Under the pieces are notes generated by a model. The model ran no database searches. It was not told where the DNA came from and saw only the letters and a program-made list of their open reading frames with translations. The translations under genes and the position numbers were made by a program. From a virus (Duplodnaviria; Caudoviricetes), in the IMG/VR virus record IMGVR_UViG_2974727265_000001, positions 35,495-99,494 of that record: a DNA stretch of 64,000 nucleotides. One strand, given 5' to 3'. Shown one piece after another: positions 9,553-20,401 of the stretch. The first letter of the stretch is position 1. Each line of letters begins with the position of its first letter.

Positions 9553-12500
9553 ATGGAAGGATTACAAGGACTAAAGGGGCTGACCCCAGAAGATAGAGCT
9601 AATTGGGAGAAGCAGTACTCTTCTAAGATACAAGGATTCACTCCTGACCAAGTTGAAAGAACATATAGAAACTTCAAGTTCAAAGAGAAGTTTGGCAGCA
9701 GACCAGACTATGAGAACTTAAAGAAGTACACTCCTGAACAGAGAGATAGCTTATATAATGAAGAGCTGTTTCCTGAGATGGAGCAACAGGATGATTCATT
9801 AGCTAATAACATTAGCAAAGCCTTTCAACAAGGTCAGCAGTTTGAACAAGAGGCTACTAAGTTAAATGAGAATTATAACAAGTGGCCTTCACAAGGTAGA
9901 AGAGCACTTGATGAGTTTGATAAGATAGCTAATGAAGTATCACCTTACTATAAGAAGTACAAGAATACTGAGTATCTCCCTTTCTCTGATGAAGAGAAGT
10001 ATCAACTAGCTGCTGAATATCAAGCAGCTAAGAGTGCTTTTGGTGAGCAGGAAGCTAATAATATACTTAGAAGAAAGATGCAGAATACTGCTTCTGAGAA
10101 TCAAAGTACCTGGGAGAAGTATTGGAATGGATTCAAAGGTATGGGTGCTCAAACTGCTGGTGCTTTAATTAGTACAGCAGGTATGATTAAAGGTGCTATT
10201 GATTATGTAGGTGATGAAAGAAATGAGAATCTGGATAATGTAGCTCTTGACTTCCTTGACCATATATTAGATAACAGCTGGACTAGGTATGGTAGTGATG
10301 TTATGCAGTATGGCTCACTATTTGATGCTAATATCAAAGAGGCTAAGGAAGCAGGATTATCTAATAACCAGATTATTAGAACTACTGCTGAAGAAGAGGG
10401 TGGTATACTTGATAACCTATTAAGTGTGAATACTATACCTGAGCTTATCAATCAGCAAGGTTTTACTATTGCATCTATGCTTACTGGTACTGGTTTATCA
10501 GCTATTACAGATAAGGCATTCAAGGGAGCAAGAGGGCTAGCAATAGCTGCTAACAGAGCAGGTACATTAAATAATTTGGAGAAGGTTAACAAGACTCTTA
10601 GAGCTTTACAGCAAGCACAACAAAAGGTTAATGCATTTGTTATTCCAGCAGCAGTTGGAACTGTTGAAGGTGTGACAGAAGGACTTAATACTAAGATACA
10701 GTTTCTTGATGATGCTAAGCAGATGATTGCTGAAACACAAGCAAAGACAGTTCAAGAAGAGTTTGAGAGAAGACTGCAAAACCCTGAAGAGCTAAGCAGG
10801 CTGGGATATGACCCTCAAAGTGAGGAAGATATGAACAGACTGTATAAGGACATCTTTGATTCCTATGCACCTAGATATGAGGAAGCAGTTAATAAGGCAG
10901 AGGTCAATGCAACTAAGGCTGGTGTGTATAACATGGGTCTTAACTCTATGATTAATGGAGCACTGAATATGACACTTAAGGCTGGTCTTCAGACACCTTC
11001 AGTACAAGAAGCTATGAGAAGGAGTAGATTAGGAAGGCTATTCAGTCCTACTGACTTTAAAGTAGAATCTGGTAGAGTGATTCCTTCTTATGGTAAGATG
11101 CAGAGAGTACTTAATGTGCTTCAGGAACCAGCAGGTGAATTTACAGAAGAATACCTTCAAAGTATTTCTGATGCTTTTGCAAGAGGTGGAGCTGAGTATA
11201 GCCTGCAAAACTTCATTACTAATAAATATAAAGGTGATGGTAAGGCAGCTGTAGATGATTCTATGGCAGATAACTTCTTTGCAGCTAGCAGAGCAGCAGG
11301 AGAAGCATCCTTAGATAAGGAGACCCTGCTCTCTGGTATTTATGGTGCACTTGCTTCAGGTATGGGTACTCCTACTATTAATAATAGAAGAGGACCAGCT
11401 GTTAGAACAGAGAATGAGTCTAAACTAGAGTATGCTTTAAGAAGGTCTCCTGTTACTTATAGAAACCCAATATGGCAGTCTATTCAAGAACAGAGGGAGC
11501 TTGGAGAAGAGAGGGCTACATCAGCTAAGATACTTACAGACTGGATGCAGGACCCAGCTAATAGAGCTAAGTATGATGGTCTTGTTGGTACATTCAACTG
11601 GGCTAAGTCTATGGATGAGGCATCAGGCAAGAATGATGAGTTTAGCTACAGAAACAGTGAACTAGGTAAGACTATTAATGATGTTATGATGTTGCAGAAG
11701 CTGCAAGGTACTGACTACTATAACTCATTTATGAATGACTTGGTTAGAGCTGCTAATGCTGAAGAAGGTTCACCAGAAGCTCAACAACTTATAGAACAGT
11801 TCAAGAATGCTCCCAACAATAGGGACATGAATATGGATGATGCAGCTGTGCTTGAGACTATTAGAAAGAACTCTAATAAGTTGCTTGATACAATGAACAG
11901 CATTGATGCAGAAGCTGAAAGCATTGATAAGATGTTAGGTAATGCAGCTAATGATGATACTAAGCAAGCACTTATCTATGGTAAGTTATCAGTTGATAAT
12001 TGGAGAGAAAGAGCTACTCAGTTAGAAGATGAACTTAGTCAAATAGAGATTAGCAATCCTACTGTAGCATCATCTGGTGATACTGAGGCTGCTAATGCAG
12101 TACTCACTTATGGTTCACTTGATAAAGCAAGAGAGCATAAGGAGAAGCTAGGTAATAAGATTGATGAACTTGAAGATACTATAGAGGCTATTGAGAGAAG
12201 AAGTAGACTCACTGGCAAACAGGAAGAGAGAGCACTTAAGGCACATAAGATAGCACTTAAGACTCTTAAGAAGGAGTATGATAATCTTAAGATTGATGCT
12301 ACTACTGACTATCTATTCAATGAGAATGATATAATGTCAATGTCACCTGTAGACAGAGCTACTATACTTAATCCTGATAACAAGTCTAAGTATAGTGAGA
12401 AGCAGCAGGAGATTATAGACAATGTAGTCAGAGCAGGTGTTGCTGCTTATACAGATTTCTTAGATAAGATACAAGATTCAGGTAGGATTAACCTTGCTCA

Positions 12501-15500
12501 AACTGCATTCCTCTCTCAATATAATGCTATACTTAGTGACCCTGAGAGTTTTAATGCATTCTCTAACAGAGTCAAGCAAGAGGTTGCTGATGATAATACA
12601 AGAAGAAAGTATGAATTCTTGAATGGTGTACAGGATTATGCTACATTTGTAAGAGAGCTGGATAAAGCTTATCAAGGTGCTAGTCAAAGAGAAAGAATGG
12701 TTATCAGAGATATAGTAGGAAACAATCCTAACTATACTAGATACATTGAGGACAACAAGACTCTTGATGGCATGTTTGACCAACTTGAATCCAGTGAGAA
12801 GTTCAAGAACTTGAGTGACAATGATAAGGTTCTAACTGAGATTGCAATGCAGTTCCTGACTAATAGAGGAGTAAGTCCAAATGGTCCTGGAGCATTAGAT
12901 GCACTACAAGAGATGGATGGTAATGGTACATCAGCATTAATGAATTACATTAATGATGTGAATGGAAGATTACCTGATGGTCAAAGAGTTACCCCTACTA
13001 GTCTTGGTGAGATAGTTCAGTTATACAAAGATGTAGTAGATGAACAGACTAAGAACATTAATCAGGTTGAACAAGTTACTAAACCTATTGAAGTGACTCC
13101 TACTACACCAGAGGCATCTAACCCTGCTCCTTCTGTTACTGTTGGTATATTTGGGACAGCTGCTAATTCATTAGAGGAATCTAAGGCTATGATGGCTGAA
13201 CAGAATAAGTATGAGATGCCTGAGAAGACTACTGAACCTGCTCAAGCTACACCTGAAACTAACATAGTTGACAAGTACAAAACTAATAGTAATGATGAAG
13301 TAGCTAATGCAGCTAATGAGGCTATTGATGCTATTAATAGTGCTGGTGAAGCATATACTGATGTTAAGGAAATGGTCACTCAGATTATAGATGAACTAGG
13401 AGATAGTGAGTATGAGAATAGTGACTTACTTAAAGAAGCCCTCATCTCTAATGCTAATCAACTTCTGGTGCAATCAGAGACAGGAGGAGATAACTTTGAC
13501 AAAGCATCTTCACTTCTTAAAAGAGCAGCAGCTAAAATAGTGGCTAAACCACAGCCTAAGCCTGAGTCTAAAGAAGAGAGAGCCAAGACCCCTGATACAG
13601 TAAATGAAGAGAGGAGAAATAATGCTCTGATTACTACAGCTGATGTTGAAAAACATCCTCAATCTACAGTGGGTCAAGCTTATGCTAATTATAAGATAGG
13701 TGAGTTTCTAAGAAAGGGTACTATTACACCTAAAACTAAGATTATGTTTGTAGCTGACCCAGCTATTATAGCAGGTGTTAAACAAGAGATGGGTGAGGTT
13801 TATAATGAATCTGACCATCTCCCTATAATGGCAGTTGTTGAGGATAGTAATGGTCCTATAACTATAGGTGATAAGAAGTATCAGCCTATTGGATTTATGC
13901 CTAGAAATAGTGCTAATACACAGGGTGCAGCTAGAATGAGTCCTATAAGAACATTAGCTCTTGCACAACAGGATGGACAGCTTATCAAGGATGGTGACAA
14001 TGTAGTTACTACTAATGGCTATGTTAGAGCCAACCCACCAGAGCATACTAAGGCAGATACTCCTAATACACTCATTCATCAGATCATGAGGAATGATATG
14101 GATACCTACACTAGAGAAGCTATGGATGGTGATAAGTTACCTATAGAAGAGAGAAGGTCTATATATAACAGAGCTAAGAATAGTATCCTGTCTAATATTA
14201 GAAGAATAGCAAAGGATGGTGAGAGAATACATCTATCTTATGTTACTCCTAATATGAAGGGGGGAGAGACTGAGTTTGAGCTATATGTAACCACCCCCCA
14301 AAACTCTTACTCTAGGTCTGGTAAGTCTATATCAGAAGTACTTAATGCAGGCACACCTGAAGAAGTAATCTCTGCTAATAGCAGGATGAATAGATACACT
14401 AAGGTTCTTGAGAAGTTCTTTAAAGGTAATCCATTCTCAGAAGATATCAGATTTAAGAGAGAAGGGGACCAGTTGGTTGCTACTGGAGAAGGTGCTACTA
14501 AGTTAGCTACTTTAGCAGAGAATCTAGGTAAGAAGTTAAACAACTTCATCACAGTACCTAAAGGTTATGAGTATCAGTTAACTCCTACTGAGAATATGCT
14601 AGGAGAGAATAGAATGTATCAGTTATCATTAACTAATGGTACTAATACTATTAACTTAGCTCAGGTTACTAATGGTACTATAACAGATGCAACTAAAGCT
14701 CAAGTACTTAAGAATCTAATGCTTAATGGAGGTTTATTTAGAACTGAAGGTAGTCAACCATTTGCTAAATGGCAAGTCAACTATAATGACTTCAATGCTA
14801 AGGAAGGTGAATCTGAGGAAGCTAAGAAGGCTAGAATGGATAATATCAGTAACATTTTTGATGATAATATACTTGAAGCAAGCAGAACTTCATTCAAGTA
14901 CACTCTTAGAGGAGTTGATATTAATAGTCCATTTAAACAGGAGGGGACAGCTCCAACTACTCCTAGTCCTGTAGTTGCCAATGCTGTCAATGCTACTCAG
15001 GGTAAGCCTATCAATACTCCTGTAATTACAGCTACAGACCAAGTTAGGGTGGGCAATGCTATAGTTGACAGTGACTCTGGAGCAGTACTTAAGGGTGAGG
15101 TTAAGCCCTCTAATCCTGTAGCTGAGAGAGCTTCTGCTATTGCAGACAAGATAGTCAGTGATTCTAAGGATATGACTTTAGATGGTGATGGCTATATTGA
15201 TAAGGAAGGTAGAAGATATGCAAGAGTTACTTCTATCATTCAGGCAGATGAGAATGCAGGAGAGAGATTTGACTCTGCTAGTCCTTGGATGATACCTTCA
15301 ACCAACATAGGCACATCTGTAGATGAGTTTGTGAGAGACTTCTTTGCAGGTGAGTTCTCTGATGAGAATGGTAATCTGATTAGTGATTATCTGTATGACT
15401 ATCCTAATGCTACTCAAGCACAGTGGAAGGCATTTGCTAATCAGTTAAATGGTCTTAAGGCATTCATTGATAGTAAAGGTCTGACTGTTATACCAAGAGA

Positions 15501-16221
15501 TGTTACTGTAACAGGAACTGTCAAAGTAACTGATAATCAAGGACAGGAGCATGAGATACTTGTAGCAGGCACTCTTGACTTACTTGCATATGATGAACTT
15601 GGTAACTTCCATGTCTTTGATATGAAGACTAATAGGAGTGGCATTAGTGAGGAGAAACTAGCTAAATATGCTAAACAGGTATCTATGTATAAGAAGTTCC
15701 TTGAAGACAAGTATGGAATTAAGGTAGCTTCTCTGAACATTATACCTATTGGAGTTGATTATGCTGCACCTATGGGATTTAGGGATGGTAAAGTCAAGTA
15801 TGAAGTTAGTGAAGGTAACCAGTTACTTGCTAATGGTAAGGAATTCAAAGATGCCAAACCAACACTTGAACAAGTAGGTTCAGTACCTGATACTGGTGTT
15901 AATATTCAATATGATAAACTAACTGATAAGGAGAAACAGATGATAACAGATATGCTGCCAGCAGATGTTAAACCAAAGAAGGTAGAAGTACCTGATACTG
16001 AGGCTCCAGTTAATAAGAACTTAGGTTTGAAGATGGGTAAAGTAAAGAACAGATTTGCTAAACCAGCAAAGAAGGGAGCTATAGTTACACCATCAGCTAA
16101 TAACTGGGAATCAATCAGTGATGAAGTAAGACAAGCTGCTATCCAGTTAGGTTATACCAAGGAGACTTGGAATGATATGACTGAAGAAGAGAAGAAACAT
16201 CAGAAGGAGTGCTTGGAGTAA
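9553..16221 (+). CDS. large virion cargo protein with C-terminal PD-(D/E)xK nuclease-like domain
   Basis: 2222 aa helical protein with Gly/Ala-rich membrane-like segments near the N-terminus; C-terminal RVTSII...AGTLDLLAYDELGNFHVFDMKT...YAKQVSMY is a RecB/PD-(D/E)xK pattern. Confidence 0.7.
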   Translation: MEGLQGLKGLTPEDRANWEKQYSSKIQGFTPDQVERTYRNFKFKEKFGSRPDYENLKKYTPEQRDSLYNEELFPEMEQQDDSLANNISKAFQQGQQFEQEATKLNENYNKWPSQGRRALDEFDKIANEVSPYYKKYKNTEYLPFSDEEKYQLAAEYQAAKSAFGEQEANNILRRKMQNTASENQSTWEKYWNGFKGMGAQTAGALISTAGMIKGAIDYVGDERNENLDNVALDFLDHILDNSWTRYGSDVMQYGSLFDANIKEAKEAGLSNNQIIRTTAEEEGGILDNLLSVNTIPELINQQGFTIASMLTGTGLSAITDKAFKGARGLAIAANRAGTLNNLEKVNKTLRALQQAQQKVNAFVIPAAVGTVEGVTEGLNTKIQFLDDAKQMIAETQAKTVQEEFERRLQNPEELSRLGYDPQSEEDMNRLYKDIFDSYAPRYEEAVNKAEVNATKAGVYNMGLNSMINGALNMTLKAGLQTPSVQEAMRRSRLGRLFSPTDFKVESGRVIPSYGKMQRVLNVLQEPAGEFTEEYLQSISDAFARGGAEYSLQNFITNKYKGDGKAAVDDSMADNFFAASRAAGEASLDKETLLSGIYGALASGMGTPTINNRRGPAVRTENESKLEYALRRSPVTYRNPIWQSIQEQRELGEERATSAKILTDWMQDPANRAKYDGLVGTFNWAKSMDEASGKNDEFSYRNSELGKTINDVMMLQKLQGTDYYNSFMNDLVRAANAEEGSPEAQQLIEQFKNAPNNRDMNMDDAAVLETIRKNSNKLLDTMNSIDAEAESIDKMLGNAANDDTKQALIYGKLSVDNWRERATQLEDELSQIEISNPTVASSGDTEAANAVLTYGSLDKAREHKEKLGNKIDELEDTIEAIERRSRLTGKQEERALKAHKIALKTLKKEYDNLKIDATTDYLFNENDIMSMSPVDRATILNPDNKSKYSEKQQEIIDNVVRAGVAAYTDFLDKIQDSGRINLAQTAFLSQYNAILSDPESFNAFSNRVKQEVADDNTRRKYEFLNGVQDYATFVRELDKAYQGASQRERMVIRDIVGNNPNYTRYIEDNKTLDGMFDQLESSEKFKNLSDNDKVLTEIAMQFLTNRGVSPNGPGALDALQEMDGNGTSALMNYINDVNGRLPDGQRVTPTSLGEIVQLYKDVVDEQTKNINQVEQVTKPIEVTPTTPEASNPAPSVTVGIFGTAANSLEESKAMMAEQNKYEMPEKTTEPAQATPETNIVDKYKTNSNDEVANAANEAIDAINSAGEAYTDVKEMVTQIIDELGDSEYENSDLLKEALISNANQLLVQSETGGDNFDKASSLLKRAAAKIVAKPQPKPESKEERAKTPDTVNEERRNNALITTADVEKHPQSTVGQAYANYKIGEFLRKGTITPKTKIMFVADPAIIAGVKQEMGEVYNESDHLPIMAVVEDSNGPITIGDKKYQPIGFMPRNSANTQGAARMSPIRTLALAQQDGQLIKDGDNVVTTNGYVRANPPEHTKADTPNTLIHQIMRNDMDTYTREAMDGDKLPIEERRSIYNRAKNSILSNIRRIAKDGERIHLSYVTPNMKGGETEFELYVTTPQNSYSRSGKSISEVLNAGTPEEVISANSRMNRYTKVLEKFFKGNPFSEDIRFKREGDQLVATGEGATKLATLAENLGKKLNNFITVPKGYEYQLTPTENMLGENRMYQLSLTNGTNTINLAQVTNGTITDATKAQVLKNLMLNGGLFRTEGSQPFAKWQVNYNDFNAKEGESEEAKKARMDNISNIFDDNILEASRTSFKYTLRGVDINSPFKQEGTAPTTPSPVVANAVNATQGKPINTPVITATDQVRVGNAIVDSDSGAVLKGEVKPSNPVAERASAIADKIVSDSKDMTLDGDGYIDKEGRRYARVTSIIQADENAGERFDSASPWMIPSTNIGTSVDEFVRDFFAGEFSDENGNLISDYLYDYPNATQAQWKAFANQLNGLKAFIDSKGLTVIPRDVTVTGTVKVTDNQGQEHEILVAGTLDLLAYDELGNFHVFDMKTNRSGISEEKLAKYAKQVSMYKKFLEDKYGIKVASLNIIPIGVDYAAPMGFRDGKVKYEVSEGNQLLANGKEFKDAKPTLEQVGSVPDTGVNIQYDKLTDKEKQMITDMLPADVKPKKVEVPDTEAPVNKNLGLKMGKVKNRFAKPAKKGAIVTPSANNWESISDEVRQAAIQLGYTKETWNDMTEEEKKHQKECLE

Positions 16222-16234
16222 TTCATAACTCAAC

Positions 16235-16274
16235 AAAAAAAAAAGAGGCAAGGGGGATACCCAAGCCTCTTTTT
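16235..16274. terminator. bidirectional intrinsic terminator between convergent genes
   Basis: A10-GAGGC...GCCTC-TTTTT hairpin between the stops at 16221 (+) and 16291 (-). Confidence 0.8.
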
Positions 16275-16290
16275 GCATTTATGAACATTG

Positions 16291-19200
16291 TTATTTAGTA
16301 GCTCCACCAGTTGCTCTACCAAATGTATATGATTGAGCAGCCTGATAAGGACTCTGCATTAATAACCAACTTCTATAGAATGGCAACATTCTTTCAGCTT
16401 TATGCTGCCATTTGAGTTCTCCCTTCTCATAGGAATCACCACTTGATTTATACTCATCTTGAGTTACAAACTTCTCTGCTAAGTCATATAAGTTAAGCAG
16501 TGCACTAAACCCTACTGGACTTACATTAGTTAGTGATTGTGATTCTCTAACCATACCCCAAGGAGCATTGAATGCTGACTGTTCTGATAATAGTCTGCTT
16601 GCAAAGTAATAGGCTATACCCATTACTTGGTCAGGCTCTTCATCATCGTCATCATCAGGCTTAGCAGTAAGAAGGTTCAATAAGAACAGAGCTGTTATAA
16701 CTAACATATCTGCCCAGTTTCTTCTCATATTATAATACTGATTAGCTGAGAATCCAGCATCCAGCATCTTCTGCTGAGTAGCCTTTGATGTGGGTAACAA
16801 TATAGCCCTAGCAGTTAAAGCAAATCCACCTCTATCAGTGAATGTAGATGCAATCACTTTGGATAGAGTTCTTAATGAGCCTTCTGTTTCTCCTCCTAAT
16901 GATACACTATAAGTATTAACACCAAACCTTCTTTGAATCATACCTAGAGCATAACCCCTCATAGCTAATAGTGCATTACCATATACATTCTGTTGGAATG
17001 ATACCTTATCTTGGTTATTATAGATACCATGCATTCTGTTATTCACTTCTCTTGCCTTATCCATAAACCTTGATTCATCAGTAGTATTCCATACTCTCAG
17101 TTCTCCAGTCTCTTCATCAAGTACCCTTACACCTTCCTTCATGATTAATGTCTTGCCAGCTTTAGGGTTGTTTGCATCTATTGGAACTATCTGATATGCA
17201 TTATATAATGAGATTGGATTACCATTAGTATCAATTAGCTTAGTAGCATTAGCCATAGCTAAGAAAGCCATAGTCTGCATGTAATGTTCTCCACTCTTGT
17301 AAGGTAAGAACAGATTCTCACCAACTGGATTCAACTTAACTAGCTTAGACTTTCTGGTGAAATATTCTCTCTCCCTCTTTCTATTCTCATTAAGTACATT
17401 CATCTGCCTTATAAGAAGACTTACCTTATCCTCCTTGATATCATCACCAGCATGGAGCCAGTTAGATGGCAGAGTCTTCCAATATTCTATATTAGCTCTC
17501 TCCCAGTCCTTAACACTAAAGTACTCACCAGCCATAGCTTCTTTGAAGATTTCAAGAGCACCAGTTCCAAGATTGACTGCACCACCAACAACATTACCTC
17601 CTAAGAACAACTTAGAAGCTAAACCAGTGAAGAATCCAACTATCTTATTGACTACTACCTTCTTACCAATTTTTATCTTAGTAGTATTGATTCCATAGAC
17701 TTGTTTATCCATGAACTTGCCATATCTTCTAAAAGCTCTTGATGTTTCTGCTCTTTCAGATTCATTCTTTAGCCCTGCTACCTTCCTATTTCTAAGTACT
17801 TCTCTACCTAACTCTAATGCTCCTACTACACTAGACATGCCAGCATAGGTATGCGCCATTCCAGCATAAGCCAGAGTAGATTGGAATAGGTCTGTACTCA
17901 GTTCATTGCTGTCTCTCAGTTTATTAATACCATATAAAGGAAGTCTATTAACCTTCTCTTTCTCAAACTCAAGTTGATTAGAGAACATATCTTCTTCTAT
18001 GGTATTATAGGTCTGGTCACTACCAAAGTCTCTATCCTCACTATCCTCTACAAAAGTATCTGCCATTTCTCTTCTTAGAGTATAACTGATAGCCTTTCCA
18101 GTACCCTCAGTCATCCTTCTATTTCTGATCTTGTTCATAGTAGTACCTTTGAACTGTGGCATCCTATAGATATTAGTACTGCCATCAGGAAGGAATGAAT
18201 CTAACTCCACCTTAAGGTTCATGTACTTAGCTAGCCATTTCTCCTTACTTGTTCCAATAATAGTCTCCTGATATTGTTTACTCTTGTAAGATTCATTTGG
18301 ATACCATCTTCCCTCAGCTTGGTTCCACTGTGAGTGTGCTTTATGCCATGCCTTTGCTTGTGGTCTAAAGAACTCATCAAAGAGTATACTCTTCTCAAAG
18401 TCTGACTTGCCATCAAGGTTATTACTAGCTTTGAATCTATCTCTTGCATCTTTCTTGAAATCTAGCCAATCATTCTCATAATCACCCCATACATACTGTG
18501 ATATAATGTTACCAGTTAACTTACCAGTTCTTGGACTTACTTCACAGAATACATCAGTATTGTTGATGCCAATACCCTTCAATTCCTCTTGTAATAATCT
18601 TAGTCTATCTTGAGTCTGAATTGTCATATCATCAGCATACTTATTGGCTTCTTTAGTAGCTCTGTCTGCTAATTGACCTACTATATCAGAGTTATTAGAC
18701 ATAGAAGCTAAGTACATTTCTTGTAGAGTAATATCACTCTCCATGTAATTAACCAAGTCATTGATGTTCATCTTATCTGCTGGAACCCACTTAAGTCCTC
18801 TATGACCTTTCTTCCAATCAAATACAACCCTTGCTGCTCTTTCAACATAGTTAGAACCCATTGCATCTTGCAGGAATCTTGTAAAGAACTCTCTCCTCTT
18901 TACTTCTAGATTAGCCAGTAGTCTGTTATCACCATTAATGACCTCATTAAGGTTCCTTCTCATGACTCTTAACTTCTCTAGGTCTGCATTCTCAAGCATA
19001 GTTGCTGAGTTCTTGGTAGTTGCATCTTGTATTATCTTTAGTAGTGCTTGAGCATTACTTACATAAACAGATACCTCTCTCAGCTTATTAGCATTCTCAG
19101 GGGTATTACCACCTGTAGTCAAGTCAACTGATACTAACTTATCAGTCATTTCAGGCATCATATCAATCATCAAGTCCATTGCCTCAACAATACCATCAAC

Positions 19201-20400
19201 TGCAATACTATCAGCAAAGAGAGATGGTGAGGGGGTTAATCTACCTAGTTCAACCTGCCCCATAACATTGTTATACTTGTTGTATAGGTCCTTATTAATA
19301 GCAGCCATTTCAGCAGTCTGCTGCTTAAGTATATTCAATACTGACTTGAAGGTTGATACATTAATAGAGTCTTTAGAACTAAATAGTGTCTCCTTAGTCT
19401 CAAGAGCTTGTTCAACAGTTCCTTGGAAGTTAGATGACATAAATCCCTGTGCTATTGCATCAGCAGTTCTGACAGCCCCAAGTTTAGCATTAGCTATCTC
19501 ATTGCCAGTAATACTATTGAATACTCTCTTGGCTTGCATGACAATCCTATTAACAAGACTCTGCCATATAGCTCTCTTGTCAATATGACCATCAATAGCC
19601 CTGCCAACCAAGTATCCAGCTACTTCTCTAGCAGGATTAGCTCTGAATGCTATGCTATTATAATCATCACCCATTATAGACTTCTGTACTTCTGGTGTTA
19701 GTAACTTCTCTAGTCTTTTAACTAGAGGGCTATTACCTAATGCACCTACAGCAAAGTGGCCAGCCTCCTCAGCTAAGGAACTTTCTACCTTCTCATTATT
19801 AGCTACCTTAATCAACTGATACATACTATCAGCTGTTCTAGTAGCATTAACAGTACTATATCTACCATCAGACTTCTCATCTTCTGTCATGAAGGTATAG
19901 TCAGCACCTGCTCTGTTAAGATAGAACTTAATCCTCTCTTGCAGACTCCTATTAGCTATATTATCATTTAACTGAGCAGTGTTGGTCTTGTTCTTCTCAA
20001 CTACAGTCAATTCTACTTTACCATCACTTCTATTAATGATAGTAGCCATATACTTATCATTATACTGGCTATTCCTGTTAAATGATTGTAACTTTGGTAT
20101 AGCATCATTATAGTCATATACTCCAGCTCCTAAGTCTTTATTAAGAGTCTGTTTTACTCTCTCAGCATTCAAGTCTAACTTACTTAGGCTCCTCAATGAC
20201 TGGAAAGTGATTTCCCCATTAGCATCAAACTTTGCTTCACTTGCTACTCTACTAAGGAACTCAGGGTTAGTACCTACTGCATAATACTGCTTAGCTAGTT
20301 CCCTGTTACCAGTAAAGTGCAGAAGTGAGCTAAAAAGCTCACTATCTACAAACTTACCTTCCTTATTCTTAACCTGTGGTTTAATTACACATTTACTCAT
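16291..20400 (-). CDS. large virion protein co-transcribed with the RNA polymerase (degenerate zincin-like motif)
   Basis: 1369 aa, starts 1 nt after the RNAP stop; EEAGH at a HExxH-like position; hydrophobic C-terminal helices. Confidence 0.65.
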   Translation of the reverse strand: MSKCVIKPQVKNKEGKFVDSELFSSLLHFTGNRELAKQYYAVGTNPEFLSRVASEAKFDANGEITFQSLRSLSKLDLNAERVKQTLNKDLGAGVYDYNDAIPKLQSFNRNSQYNDKYMATIINRSDGKVELTVVEKNKTNTAQLNDNIANRSLQERIKFYLNRAGADYTFMTEDEKSDGRYSTVNATRTADSMYQLIKVANNEKVESSLAEEAGHFAVGALGNSPLVKRLEKLLTPEVQKSIMGDDYNSIAFRANPAREVAGYLVGRAIDGHIDKRAIWQSLVNRIVMQAKRVFNSITGNEIANAKLGAVRTADAIAQGFMSSNFQGTVEQALETKETLFSSKDSINVSTFKSVLNILKQQTAEMAAINKDLYNKYNNVMGQVELGRLTPSPSLFADSIAVDGIVEAMDLMIDMMPEMTDKLVSVDLTTGGNTPENANKLREVSVYVSNAQALLKIIQDATTKNSATMLENADLEKLRVMRRNLNEVINGDNRLLANLEVKRREFFTRFLQDAMGSNYVERAARVVFDWKKGHRGLKWVPADKMNINDLVNYMESDITLQEMYLASMSNNSDIVGQLADRATKEANKYADDMTIQTQDRLRLLQEELKGIGINNTDVFCEVSPRTGKLTGNIISQYVWGDYENDWLDFKKDARDRFKASNNLDGKSDFEKSILFDEFFRPQAKAWHKAHSQWNQAEGRWYPNESYKSKQYQETIIGTSKEKWLAKYMNLKVELDSFLPDGSTNIYRMPQFKGTTMNKIRNRRMTEGTGKAISYTLRREMADTFVEDSEDRDFGSDQTYNTIEEDMFSNQLEFEKEKVNRLPLYGINKLRDSNELSTDLFQSTLAYAGMAHTYAGMSSVVGALELGREVLRNRKVAGLKNESERAETSRAFRRYGKFMDKQVYGINTTKIKIGKKVVVNKIVGFFTGLASKLFLGGNVVGGAVNLGTGALEIFKEAMAGEYFSVKDWERANIEYWKTLPSNWLHAGDDIKEDKVSLLIRQMNVLNENRKREREYFTRKSKLVKLNPVGENLFLPYKSGEHYMQTMAFLAMANATKLIDTNGNPISLYNAYQIVPIDANNPKAGKTLIMKEGVRVLDEETGELRVWNTTDESRFMDKAREVNNRMHGIYNNQDKVSFQQNVYGNALLAMRGYALGMIQRRFGVNTYSVSLGGETEGSLRTLSKVIASTFTDRGGFALTARAILLPTSKATQQKMLDAGFSANQYYNMRRNWADMLVITALFLLNLLTAKPDDDDDEEPDQVMGIAYYFASRLLSEQSAFNAPWGMVRESQSLTNVSPVGFSALLNLYDLAEKFVTQDEYKSSGDSYEKGELKWQHKAERMLPFYRSWLLMQSPYQAAQSYTFGRATGGATK

Positions 20401-20401
20401 A

